A stretch of 64,000 bases of DNA from a candidate division FCPU426 bacterium. GTDB taxonomy: Bacteria > Oederibacteriota > JAAXVQ01 > JAUVAV01. Below, in pieces: positions 53,057 through 62,476 of the stretch. The notes under the pieces are model-generated. The model saw only the letters and a program-made list of their open reading frames with translations, had not been told where the DNA came from and made no database searches. The stretch spans positions 448,001-512,000 of the forward strand of contig JBFLYH010000001.1 of NCBI GenBank assembly GCA_040756875.1, read 5' to 3'. The translations under genes and the position numbers were made by a program. Each line of letters starts with the position of its first letter. Within the stretch, counting starts at the first letter, position 1.

Positions 53057-54210
53057 TCGCCTGTGCGGTGGGGAAGGGCAAAAGCCGCGATGCCGGACTG
53101 GCGGCGCGGCAAGCGGCCGAAATCTGCATGAGACAACTGGACGGTGATCCGGAATTGCTGCTGGTGTTCGCCAGCCGGACGTTCGAATCCTCCCACTTGC
53201 TTTCCGAACTCCGCTCGCTTTTTCCCCACTGCCCCCTCGCCGGCTGCAGCACGGCCGGCGAAATCTACTCAGATGGCCCGGATGAAGAATCCCTGGCCGT
53301 GATCGCTCTCGGCCAGGTCAAAGCGACGACGGCGCTGGGAGGGTTCATCGGTTCCGACGGGTATGCCGCCGGCAGGGAACTGGGCCAGCAGTTGCAGGGC
53401 GCGGAGGCGCAACTGGTCCCGCTTTTAAGCGACGGCTTGGTGGGCGACGGCGCCGCGGTCATCCGGGGCGTCCGTGAATCCCTTCTGCCGCAAGTCCCGA
53501 TTTTCGGAGGGGCGGCGGGCGACGACTCCCGCTTCCAGCGCACTGAAATCTTCATGGGCGCCGAACGGCATTCCGGGCGCGCGGCTGCAGTGGGATTGTC
53601 GGGGGATTTCGTCTTCGGCCTGGGCGTGCGCCACGGCTGGGAACCGGTGGGATTGCCGGTCCGTGTGACTAAATCGCACGGCAACCGACTGCTGGAAATG
53701 AATGGGGTTCCCGCTATCCGCCTATATCAGGAGTACTTCGGGGAATATACCGAGCGGATGCGCACCCAACCCTTGGCGCGGCTGGCAATTTGTTATCCTC
53801 TGGGATTGCCGGTGCAGTCCTCCAGCGAGTATTTGCTCCGGGCCCCCTTGTCCGTGGAGCAGGATGGATCCATTCGCCTGACCGCGGAAATTCCGGAAGG
53901 CGCCCATGTCCGCCTAATGATCGGCAGCGTGGACAGCGCCCTCAAAGCCGCCCGCATCGCCACCTTGGAAGCCTTGTCGCAAATGAAGGGACGTCCGCCC
54001 CGGATTGCCGTGGTTTTCAGCGGCATGGCGCGGCGGAGTTTATTCGGCCCCAAAAGCCGCGAGGAAATCCAATTGATCCAGAATATCCTGGGGCCGTCGG
54101 TTCCCGTGGCGGGATTTTACGGCTATGGCGAATTCGCACCATTAGAAGGTACTGACGCTTGTGCGGCCTGTTTCCACAATGAAACCATGGCCATCCTGTT
54201 ATTGGGCTGA
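53053..54210 (+). CDS. FIST N/C-domain sensory protein (NosP-like)
   Basis: GCSTAGEI, GGAAGDD, HGWEPVG, GFYGYGE, FHNET. Confidence 0.9.
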   Translation: MIACAVGKGKSRDAGLAARQAAEICMRQLDGDPELLLVFASRTFESSHLLSELRSLFPHCPLAGCSTAGEIYSDGPDEESLAVIALGQVKATTALGGFIGSDGYAAGRELGQQLQGAEAQLVPLLSDGLVGDGAAVIRGVRESLLPQVPIFGGAAGDDSRFQRTEIFMGAERHSGRAAAVGLSGDFVFGLGVRHGWEPVGLPVRVTKSHGNRLLEMNGVPAIRLYQEYFGEYTERMRTQPLARLAICYPLGLPVQSSSEYLLRAPLSVEQDGSIRLTAEIPEGAHVRLMIGSVDSALKAARIATLEALSQMKGRPPRIAVVFSGMARRSLFGPKSREEIQLIQNILGPSVPVAGFYGYGEFAPLEGTDACAACFHNETMAILLLG

Positions 54211-54218
54211 GGACCATT

Positions 54219-56027
54219 ATGGCGACCAATCCCTTTTTAGTCCCCCAGGGCGATCCTGAACAGGCGTATGCGGAGCTGGATTACATCACTAAAATGCTGC
54301 TCAAGCGGGACGTGCAGCTGACGGACCTCAATGTTGAGCTGGAACGGAAAAACCGGGATTTGGAACTGGCCCGTCAGGAACTTTTGCACCTTGGGCTGTA
54401 CATGACCAATCTCCTGTCCAATTCGCCCGATGCCATCTGGGCGTTGGACAATGAAAAACGGATCAACACCTTCAACAAAGTCGCGGAGGAAATCACCGGC
54501 TATCGCATGGAGGAAGTGCTGGGACGCCCCGTGGATTTCCTGTTCGCCGCACCCGAGAGTTACCTGGACTTGCTGGCAAATATGCCGCTTCAGGGCGGAT
54601 TGCGCAATGTCCGTTCCCGGCTGCGCCGCAAAGACGGGGAGATCGTGGAAATTTTGATGTCTGTTTCCTTGCTGCTCCAGCAGAACCAACCCGGGCAGCC
54701 GCAGGGCAGCATGACGATTTTCAAGGACGTCACCCGCGAAATACGCCTGGAAGAAGCCTTGCGGGATGCCAACGAACGCCTGGAGGAGAAAGTCCGCCAG
54801 CGCACCACCGAGTTGGAAGAGCTTTCCCAGACCCTGCTGATGCTCAACCATGTGTCCAGCGTTGCCAGCCAATCCCTGGAATTGGAGACCTTGTTGCATA
54901 ATATTTTACGGTCGGTTCTGGAACTGACGGGCTACAACATGGGCATCATTTCGCCCTTGCTGACCACGGACATCCTGAATGTGCGCGCCCAGCTGAAGAT
55001 GCCGGAGAAACTGCTGGCCAAGCTGAAAGAGGTCCCAAAGGGCGAAGGCATCATCGGCCGCGCAGCCAGCAGCGGATTCCTGCAATCCGCCGGGCCGGAT
55101 CTTCCGGAAATGGAAGAGGCCGGCATCCGCCTGGTGGTGGCCGTGCCGCTGCGCGCCAAAGGGACCATCCAGGGCGTGATGACCCTCTTTTCCCTCGCCG
55201 AACGCGAGGTCACGGATCAGGAATGGGACATTTTCATGGCGATCGGCGTCCAGGCCGGCTGGGCGATCGAAAATGCATGGCTTTACGAGCGGGTGAAGGC
55301 CGACGTGGAAAAGCTTAAGGAAGTGGACCGCATCAAGACCGAATTCATCGCCACCATCTCCCATGAATTGCGGACGCCGCTCACCTCCATCATCGGGTTC
55401 CTGAGTTACGCCAACCTGGCCATGGAAAAGCATGAACAGAAGAAGCTGCAGCGCTACATCACCATCGCCCTGGAAAACGGCCAGAAACTCGCCCAGATGA
55501 TCGAAGACTTGCTGGCCATGCAAAAAATGGACGCCGGTTCCTTCTCGCTGCACTACGAACCTGTGCAGTTGAAAGAATTACTGGAGGAAATCGGGGAAGA
55601 CCTGGGCCCCCAATTGAACAGCAAGGAACAGAAACTTCTGCTGAAAGTGGACGCGGAACTGCCGGTGTTGGAAGCGGACCGGGAGCAATTGGAACGGGTC
55701 CTGACCAACCTGGTCATCAATGCCATAAAATTCACGGACGGTCCCGGCATGATCACGCTCCAGGCCGTCTATACGCCTGAAAAGGACGAGTTCCGCATCA
55801 GCGTCGCGGATACCGGCATCGGCATGAGCGCGGAGGTCCAATCTAAAATCTTCGATCGTTTTTACCAGGCCGAAAGCACGCTGACCCGCCGTAAAGGCGG
55901 CGCCGGCCTGGGTCTGACGATCGCCAAACGCATCGTAGACATGCACCTGGGACGCATGGAAGTGGAAAGCCAGATTAAACAGGGAAGCTGTTTCACCATC
56001 ATTCTGCCGGCGAGGAAAATAAAATGA
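54219..56027 (+). CDS. Cytoplasmic PAS-GAF sensor histidine kinase
   Basis: PAS (NKVAEEITGY..EEVLG), GAF (VPLRAKG...AIENA), HisKA (SHELRTPL), HATPase (NAIKF, D.GIG, G.GLGL); no TM segment or receiver domain. Confidence 0.92.
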   Translation: MATNPFLVPQGDPEQAYAELDYITKMLLKRDVQLTDLNVELERKNRDLELARQELLHLGLYMTNLLSNSPDAIWALDNEKRINTFNKVAEEITGYRMEEVLGRPVDFLFAAPESYLDLLANMPLQGGLRNVRSRLRRKDGEIVEILMSVSLLLQQNQPGQPQGSMTIFKDVTREIRLEEALRDANERLEEKVRQRTTELEELSQTLLMLNHVSSVASQSLELETLLHNILRSVLELTGYNMGIISPLLTTDILNVRAQLKMPEKLLAKLKEVPKGEGIIGRAASSGFLQSAGPDLPEMEEAGIRLVVAVPLRAKGTIQGVMTLFSLAEREVTDQEWDIFMAIGVQAGWAIENAWLYERVKADVEKLKEVDRIKTEFIATISHELRTPLTSIIGFLSYANLAMEKHEQKKLQRYITIALENGQKLAQMIEDLLAMQKMDAGSFSLHYEPVQLKELLEEIGEDLGPQLNSKEQKLLLKVDAELPVLEADREQLERVLTNLVINAIKFTDGPGMITLQAVYTPEKDEFRISVADTGIGMSAEVQSKIFDRFYQAESTLTRRKGGAGLGLTIAKRIVDMHLGRMEVESQIKQGSCFTIILPARKIK

Positions 56028-56749
56028 CCGACTCACTTTCCCTGACCAGCGCTTTTTTGGCGGGCTTGATTTCGTTCCTTTCGCCCTGTGTTCTGCCTTT
56101 GGTTCCGGCCTATTTGTCCTTCCTGGCCGGCGTCAGTCTGGAGGAGATCCGGCAGTCAGCGGACCATGCCTTGCGCCGCCGGGCAGTGGTCTCTGCACTT
56201 GTCTTTGTCCTCGGCTTTTCCACGGTCTTTGTCTTGCTGGGGGCCACGGCTACGCTTCTCGGGCGCTGGCTCACCGAACAGGCTTACTGGCTGGGCAAAG
56301 TCGCAGGTGCGGTCCTTATCCTGCTGGGGCTGCACCTGGTGGGAATCCTCAAACTGCCGTTCCTGATGTACGAAAAGCGCTTTCAAGTCCGCACCGGCGC
56401 CTTGCCGATTCTCGGCGTTTTTTTCATCGGCGCGGCGTTTGCCTTCGGCTGGTCGCCCTGCGTGGGCCCCTTGCTGGCGGGCATTTTAGCCCTGGCCGGA
56501 TCCCGGGAGACGGTCGGCCAAGGCATGCTGCTGCTGGGCGTTTATTCGGCCGGGCTCGGCCTCCCGTTCGTGCTGGCGGCCCTGGCCGTGGAATCCTTCC
56601 TGCGCTTCTTGCGGCGCTTCCGGGACGTTTTGCGCTGGGTGGAAGCGGCGGCGGGGGTGCTGTTGATCCTCATCGGAGTGGTAATGATGACCGGCGGGAT
56701 GATGCGGGTGGCTTCCTGGTTCGGCGTCTTCGGACGATTCGGACTATAA
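56024..56749 (+). CDS. ccdA: CcdA / DsbD-beta thiol-disulfide transporter
   Basis: SFLSPCVLPLVP and GWSPCVGP motifs; six TM segments. Confidence 0.93.
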   Translation: MTDSLSLTSAFLAGLISFLSPCVLPLVPAYLSFLAGVSLEEIRQSADHALRRRAVVSALVFVLGFSTVFVLLGATATLLGRWLTEQAYWLGKVAGAVLILLGLHLVGILKLPFLMYEKRFQVRTGALPILGVFFIGAAFAFGWSPCVGPLLAGILALAGSRETVGQGMLLLGVYSAGLGLPFVLAALAVESFLRFLRRFRDVLRWVEAAAGVLLILIGVVMMTGGMMRVASWFGVFGRFGL

Positions 56750-56770
56750 AGCAGTGCCGCGGAAAGGGCC

Positions 56771-58468
56771 ATGAACCGTATGCAGCATGAAATCAACGGC
56801 CGTACCTTGAACAATCTGATCCTGTTCGTTCGCAAACACCGCCCCCAGGAATTGCCGCGTCTTTTGGAAGGGTACAATGCCGATGAAATCGGCGATCAAC
56901 ACGAGTGGGTTCCTGTCGAGGTCCGCAACCAATTGTTCGCGCGGGCCGAGACCATATTCGGAAAGACGGACATACTGGAAGAAGTGGGCCGCGAAGCCTT
57001 TACTCTCCACTCCTTAGGCATTGTTGAATGGCTGGTCCGCATGGAACCCGACTTGTCGCAGTTAGTGCATCTGAGCGCGAAGTATGCCTCGCTTTTTTCC
57101 AGCCTGACGGATATTCGAATACGCCATCTGCGGGGCAAGGAATTGCTGATCGAACGCAGCGAACCCGGCCTGGTGCGCGGCTCATGCTTCTATTTGCGGG
57201 GACTGATGCTGGGGTTGTTGGAATTATTCGAACGCCGGGGCTGCACGATTTCGGAATCGCAGTGCTGCGTCCCGCTGTGGGAGAAAGGCGTGATCAATGG
57301 CAGCCGGTTTCATCTCCGGGAGGGAAGAGTCTGGCGCGAAGAGGTGAAATCCGGCCGCCAGGAAGACTTGGGGCCGGTGCCGGAGACAGGTACGTTCGCC
57401 TATGAAGGAACGACGTACGGCGCCCCTTCGTGTTTGTGCCGTTTCCACTGGAAACGGGGTCCGGGATGGTGGCGTCGCTGGACGCGCTCCTTCCGGCAGC
57501 AGCGGCGCTGGTTGGAAATCATGCAGCACAACCTGCTGCATGAATATGAATTGGTGGAAAACCGGAACCGGAAATTGCGCCAGAACCAGCATATACTGCA
57601 AAACCTGGTTCAGCAGAAATCAGATCTTACACGTACGCTGGAGCGGAAAGTCACGGACCGGACCCTTGAGTTGGAGGATTTAGTGAAGCAATTGCAGGAG
57701 TTGGACGACATGAAGTCCTATTTCCTCACGCTGACCTCCCACGAACTGCGGACGCCGCTGACCATCATCAAGTGCGCTTTGAATCTGATTTTGACCGAGG
57801 GCAACCGTCTTTCGCCTGAGCGTTTCCTTCGCTATCTGCAAATGGCCAGAACCAATGCCGATCATCTCCAATTGCTGATTGCCAACCTGCTGGATCTCTC
57901 CCGCCTGGAATCCGGGCAGATGAAGCTTGAAATAGAGCCGGTGGATTTGATCCGGTTGATGCGGGAAAGCGCCGAACAATTCCGCGATTTGGCCGAGCGG
58001 CGCGATTTGCGTCTGACGACCGCCTTTCCACCCGCTCTTCAGGACATTGAGGCCGACCCGGCCCGCCTCAAACAAATCATCGATAATCTGCTGTCCAACG
58101 CCATCAAATTCACCCCGCCCAAAGGTGAAATCCGGATAGCATTGGAATGCTCGGAAGACCAGGTGCTGGTCGAAATCGTGGACACGGGCATCGGTATCGA
58201 ACCCTGGGAATCTGAACGGATATTCCATAAATTTCAGCAAAGCGAGCGCTCGCTGACCCGGGAAGCCTCGGGAATCGGTTTGGGGCTGGCGATTGTCAAG
58301 GAACTGGTGGAACTCCATGAAGGACAGGTATGGGTGGAGAGCGAAAAAGGCGAGGGATCCAGGTTTTTCGTGCAATTGCCCTTGTCCGGCCCTAAAAACC
58401 CCAAGCATTTCGTGCGACGTTCAGCCATGGCCGGTGGGAATTCCCCCATGGTTTTAGAAAGCCATTGA
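56771..58468 (+). CDS. Histidine kinase with unusual Cys-containing N-terminal sensor domain
   Basis: TSHELRTPL, NLLSNAIKF, DTGIG, GIGLGL; the N-terminus is reminiscent of the H-NOX/V4R fold. Confidence 0.88.
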   Translation: MNRMQHEINGRTLNNLILFVRKHRPQELPRLLEGYNADEIGDQHEWVPVEVRNQLFARAETIFGKTDILEEVGREAFTLHSLGIVEWLVRMEPDLSQLVHLSAKYASLFSSLTDIRIRHLRGKELLIERSEPGLVRGSCFYLRGLMLGLLELFERRGCTISESQCCVPLWEKGVINGSRFHLREGRVWREEVKSGRQEDLGPVPETGTFAYEGTTYGAPSCLCRFHWKRGPGWWRRWTRSFRQQRRWLEIMQHNLLHEYELVENRNRKLRQNQHILQNLVQQKSDLTRTLERKVTDRTLELEDLVKQLQELDDMKSYFLTLTSHELRTPLTIIKCALNLILTEGNRLSPERFLRYLQMARTNADHLQLLIANLLDLSRLESGQMKLEIEPVDLIRLMRESAEQFRDLAERRDLRLTTAFPPALQDIEADPARLKQIIDNLLSNAIKFTPPKGEIRIALECSEDQVLVEIVDTGIGIEPWESERIFHKFQQSERSLTREASGIGLGLAIVKELVELHEGQVWVESEKGEGSRFFVQLPLSGPKNPKHFVRRSAMAGGNSPMVLESH

Positions 58469-58471
58469 ACG

Positions 58472-59284
58472 ATGGCCAGGCTGTTCAAATTCGAGCGGGA
58501 AGCAGGGATCGGTTTTTGGACCCTGCCGGAATGGCGTCGCCGCGGCATCCAGGTTTGTTGTTCCTGCCGGCAGGGAGGAATCAGCCTTCCGCCTTTTGAC
58601 ACGCTCAATCTCGGTTTGAGTACTGCGGACCGGCGTGAGCATGTCCTTGCCAACCGGCGGGCTTTTTTTCAAGCCGCCCGTTTAGGTCCGCTGCTTCCGG
58701 TCATCGCCCGCCAAAGCCATGAAACCGACATCCGGCAAGTAGGGCGCCGGGACGCGGGCAGGGGATGGCAATCACTCCGAACGGCTTTCAAGCGCACGGA
58801 TGGAATGATTACATCGGTTCCCGGTTTGCCGCTGGCGGTTACCGTAGCGGATTGCCTTCCTGTGCTGCTGGCGGACAACCGGGGCCGGGTCGTGGCTGCG
58901 GTTCACGCTGGTTGGCGCGGATTGGTTAGGGGAGTGATCCAGGCGGCAGTAGCCGCTTTTTGGGATCTCTATCGGATTCCGCCTGAAACCATACTGGCTG
59001 CAATCGGCCCGAGCATCGGACCAGAGGCGTTTGCAGTAAAAGGGGAAGCGTTGAAGTTGCTGAAAGCCGTGGCTCCTCACGCGGTGAAGCCTTGGAAAGG
59101 TTCAGGAACCCGGTTCGACCTGTGGGAAGCTGCGGAAAGGGTATTATGCCAGTGTGGGATTGCCCGCGAAAGGATTTGCCTGCTGGGTCAAAGCACGGCC
59201 TTGGAAAGAGAGTTGTATTTTTCCCATCGGCGTGATGGTGAAACCGGTCGAATGCTGGGAATCATCCAAATCATTCCTGCCTGA
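58472..59284 (+). CDS. pgeF: Peptidoglycan editing factor / YfiH-family nucleoside phosphorylase
   Basis: LNLG, Q.H, DG..T, ADC.PVL, HAGWRG, GPSI, FSHRRD..TGR. Confidence 0.92.
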   Translation: MARLFKFEREAGIGFWTLPEWRRRGIQVCCSCRQGGISLPPFDTLNLGLSTADRREHVLANRRAFFQAARLGPLLPVIARQSHETDIRQVGRRDAGRGWQSLRTAFKRTDGMITSVPGLPLAVTVADCLPVLLADNRGRVVAAVHAGWRGLVRGVIQAAVAAFWDLYRIPPETILAAIGPSIGPEAFAVKGEALKLLKAVAPHAVKPWKGSGTRFDLWEAAERVLCQCGIARERICLLGQSTALERELYFSHRRDGETGRMLGIIQIIPA

Positions 59285-59404
59285 TTAAAAATAAAATTAT
59301 ACCTAAAAGAGTAAAAAGCCAAAAATAAATGCTTGTTTTTAAATGATAATATTAATTGGAAATATTATGGAAGATATAAATAATGCCTCGGATTCTATTT
59401 TTTA

Positions 59405-59432
59405 TTGTATCAAAGCTAGTTGCCAGTATAAT
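59405..59432 (+). promoter_or_regulatory. Putative sigma70 promoter
   Basis: TTGTAT, 16-nt spacer, TATAAT, in an AT-rich spacer upstream of yggS. Confidence 0.45.
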
Positions 59433-59442
59433 GTGCTCAATT

Positions 59443-60153
59443 ATGCGGAATCGCGGCTTAATTATTCAAGAAAACGTGACCTCAATAGTGAAACGCCTGG
59501 ATGCCGCAGCCAAACGCACTGGCCGTTCCAGCAGGGAAATAACGCTGGTGGCAGTCACTAAAAATGTTACGGTGGAAGACATTCGCAGCGCTTTGAATGC
59601 GGGAATCACTGCGCTGGGTGAAAACCGGGTGCAGGAAGCCAAACCTAAATTTGCCCAAATCGGACCAACGGTTGCCTGGCATTTCCTCGGTCATTTGCAA
59701 ACCAATAAAGCCCGCATTGCGGCGGCGATTTTCGACGTGATTCAATCCGTCGATTCCTTGCGCGTGGCCAAGGCCCTCAACCAGGAAGCCGAACGTTTTG
59801 ACCGCCAAGTGGATGTGCTGGTTGAAGTCAATATCAGCGGCGAAGAGAGCAAATTCGGACTCGCTCCGCAGCAGCTTGAGGCACTGCTGCCTGAATTGCA
59901 GGAACAAAAAAGCCTGCGCTTGCGGGGGCTGATGTCGTTGGCGCCGATGGTTGCGGAGCCTGAACGGACGCGGCCTTTTTTCCGCGAACTGGCCCGTTGG
60001 TTTCGGCATTTTCAGGGCCGGATGGGATCTGCCTGGGATACGCTTTCCATGGGCATGACGAATGATTTTGAAGTTGCCATCGAGGAAGGGGCGACCTTGG
60101 TCAGGATCGGAACCGGCATTTTCCATACCCCCGAACTACGGAGGGCCGCATGA
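59443..60153 (+). CDS. yggS: PLP homeostasis protein YggS/PipY
   Basis: LVAVTK, GENRVQE, WHFLGHLQTNK, GLM, LSMGM..D...AI.EG.T.VRIG; start uncertain. Confidence 0.93.
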   Translation: MRNRGLIIQENVTSIVKRLDAAAKRTGRSSREITLVAVTKNVTVEDIRSALNAGITALGENRVQEAKPKFAQIGPTVAWHFLGHLQTNKARIAAAIFDVIQSVDSLRVAKALNQEAERFDRQVDVLVEVNISGEESKFGLAPQQLEALLPELQEQKSLRLRGLMSLAPMVAEPERTRPFFRELARWFRHFQGRMGSAWDTLSMGMTNDFEVAIEEGATLVRIGTGIFHTPELRRAA

Positions 60154-60971
60154 TCCCCCAGACGATCGGTTTTGTAGGTGCGGGCAACATGGCGGAAGCT
60201 CTGATTCGCGGGTTGCTGTCCACGCGCAGTTGCCGGGTGGAACAACTAGCGGCATCGGATGTGAATGAAATCCGCCTTGCCTACATGACGAAGAATTACA
60301 AAGTGACCGGTTGCGCGCACAACCGCGAATTGGCCGGGGCCTGCGATATCCTGGTTCTGGCCGTCAAACCGCAACAGATCAGGGAGGTATTGGCCGACCT
60401 TTCGTCGTCCCTGCGGCCGGAACGGCACATTCTGGTTTCCATTGCCGCGGGCATCACCACGACCTATATCGAGAAGGCGGCGGCCGCGCCGGTCAAGGTC
60501 GTCCGCGCCATGCCGAATACCCCGGCCCGTCTTTTGGCTGGTGCCACGGCGTTCTGCCTGGGTCAATATGCCGGGGAAGCGGAGAGCCTGCTCGCCCATA
60601 TGCTGTTCGACGCCGTGGGATTGACCTTCCGGGTGGAGGAGGATCTGTTGAACACCGTCACCGCCGTATCCGGGTCAGGGCCGGCTTATGTATTCAAGTT
60701 TTGCGAGATGCTGATCAGGGCGGGCGTGGACATGGGTCTGCCTTCCGCGGACGCGGAGCAACTTGCGATTCAAACTATATGGGGCGCGGCAAAGATGCTG
60801 AAGGAAACCCAAGAGCCGCCGGCTGCATTGCGCGCCGCCGTGACCTCTCCCGGCGGCACCACCCAAGCCGCCTTGGAACATCTCGCCGCATCGGATTTCG
60901 AGACGGTGTTTCTGCAGGCCCTGGCCGCGGCCCGCAATCGCGCCGAAGCCCTGAGCCTGCAGCGGGATTGA
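60150..60971 (+). CDS. proC: Pyrroline-5-carboxylate reductase
   Basis: GAGNMA, LAVKPQ, RAMPNTP, SGSGPAY, VTSPGGTT. Confidence 0.96.
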   Translation: MIPQTIGFVGAGNMAEALIRGLLSTRSCRVEQLAASDVNEIRLAYMTKNYKVTGCAHNRELAGACDILVLAVKPQQIREVLADLSSSLRPERHILVSIAAGITTTYIEKAAAAPVKVVRAMPNTPARLLAGATAFCLGQYAGEAESLLAHMLFDAVGLTFRVEEDLLNTVTAVSGSGPAYVFKFCEMLIRAGVDMGLPSADAEQLAIQTIWGAAKMLKETQEPPAALRAAVTSPGGTTQAALEHLAASDFETVFLQALAAARNRAEALSLQRD

Positions 60972-60981
60972 GGAAACCGGC

Positions 60982-61290
60982 ATGGCCGAGGGACTGCTAA
61001 CGACCGGTTGGTTGCTGAATCTTCTGGCTTCCCTGTGGGTGGGTTTGATCCTGCTGGATCTGCTGCTCGCCTGGGTGTTCAAGGAGGACCGGCGCAATGG
61101 CTGGCTGGGCAATGCCTTGGCCTGGTTGGCGGGACTGCCGGTCAATGGGCTGAGGCGGATTATGCCGACGGTGTATCGCGGCACTGATTTTGCCCCGTGG
61201 ATCACAATCCTGGTGCTGGTTTTGTTCGCGACGTTTCTGTTCCGGGCCATGGTTTATTGGGGGATGCTGCACCAGCCGCCTTTGGGATAA
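60982..61290 (+). CDS. YggT family membrane protein
   Basis: Two TM segments, LRRIMP....DFAP motif; position after proC. Confidence 0.75.
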   Translation: MAEGLLTTGWLLNLLASLWVGLILLDLLLAWVFKEDRRNGWLGNALAWLAGLPVNGLRRIMPTVYRGTDFAPWITILVLVLFATFLFRAMVYWGMLHQPPLG

Positions 61291-61313
61291 CCGCAATCGG
61301 AAGTTGGAGATCA

Positions 61314-61652
61314 ATGAGCAGCATGGAACTGGAGATGACGGAAAGCCCTCAAGGAGTGCGTTTCGCGATCAAAGTGCGGGCCGGCGCCGGCCGGACTGAA
61401 GTGACGGGGATCTGGAACGGCGCGTTGAAATTGAACGTTTCCAGGCCTCCGTCCCAAGGCGAAGCCAACCGCGAATGCCTCCGGTTTCTTGCTGAATGCT
61501 TGGGACTGCCGAAGACCGCGGTGGAAATCAAAAGCGGGGAGCACGCCTCACGAAAAATCGTTTTTGCCCGGGGCATAACCAGTGCCAGGGCGCACGCTGC
61601 ATTCATGGCGCAGTCAGTGATCCTGCCAAGGAGGAAACCAAAGCATGCCTGA
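61314..61652 (+). CDS. DUF167/YggU family protein
   Basis: V...A....V.G.....LK..V..PP..G.AN...LA..L......V.I.SG..SR.K. Confidence 0.85.
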   Translation: MSSMELEMTESPQGVRFAIKVRAGAGRTEVTGIWNGALKLNVSRPPSQGEANRECLRFLAECLGLPKTAVEIKSGEHASRKIVFARGITSARAHAAFMAQSVILPRRKPKHA

Positions 61653-62466
61653 ATTGTATGATCAGATCCAGGAATCCGTCGCGGCGATCCGCCAGCGGAC
61701 GTCCTTGGTCCCGGAAGTGGCCATTATTCTCGGGACCGGTCTGGGCGCCCTGGCGCACGACCTCCAGGAAACCGTTACGATCCCTTACGCCCAGATTCCG
61801 AATTTTCCCCTTTCCACCGTGGAGACCCACGCCGGACAGCTGTTGCTCGGAACCCTGATGGGAAAACGCGTCGTGGCCATGCAGGGCCGGTTTCACCGCT
61901 ATGAAGGATATGACCAGAAGCAGATTACTTTTCCGGTACGCGTCATGCACGCCTTGGGCGCCAAAATTTTAATGGTGTTTTCGGCCTGCGGCGGGATCAA
62001 CCGCCACTTTCATCCCGGCGACTTGGCGCTGCTCAGCGACCACATCAATTTAATGGGCGAAACGCCGCTCATGGGCCCGAACGACGAGCGTCTGGGCCCC
62101 CGGTATCCTGATTTGTACAACGCCTATGACGCGGAGCTGCAGACCCTGGCCATGCAGGCCGCCCGCGAACTGAAAATCGGGCTGCATCGCGCCGTCTATG
62201 CCGCCCTGCCCGGCTCCAATCTCGAAACCGTGGCCGAATATCGCTGGCTGCAGATCATCGGCGCCGACTGCGTGGGCATGTCCACTGTGCCCGAAGTCAT
62301 CGTGGCCCGTCATGCAGGCCTAAAGGTCCTGGGCATCGCGGTGGTGACCGACCGCTGTGTGCCGGATCAAGTGGGGCCGGCGAACATCGAGGAAATTGTA
62401 CGCGCCGCCATGGGAGCGGAACCTAAATTGACCCAATTGGTCAAAACCATCATCGCAAAGCTCTAA
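61645..62466 (+). CDS. Purine nucleoside phosphorylase (trimeric PNP/MTAP family)
   Basis: IILGTGLG, QGRFH.YEG, DHIN, LET.AE, VGMSTVPE. Confidence 0.93.
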   Translation: MPELYDQIQESVAAIRQRTSLVPEVAIILGTGLGALAHDLQETVTIPYAQIPNFPLSTVETHAGQLLLGTLMGKRVVAMQGRFHRYEGYDQKQITFPVRVMHALGAKILMVFSACGGINRHFHPGDLALLSDHINLMGETPLMGPNDERLGPRYPDLYNAYDAELQTLAMQAARELKIGLHRAVYAALPGSNLETVAEYRWLQIIGADCVGMSTVPEVIVARHAGLKVLGIAVVTDRCVPDQVGPANIEEIVRAAMGAEPKLTQLVKTIIAKL

Positions 62467-62476
62467 CGGAGGGCCA

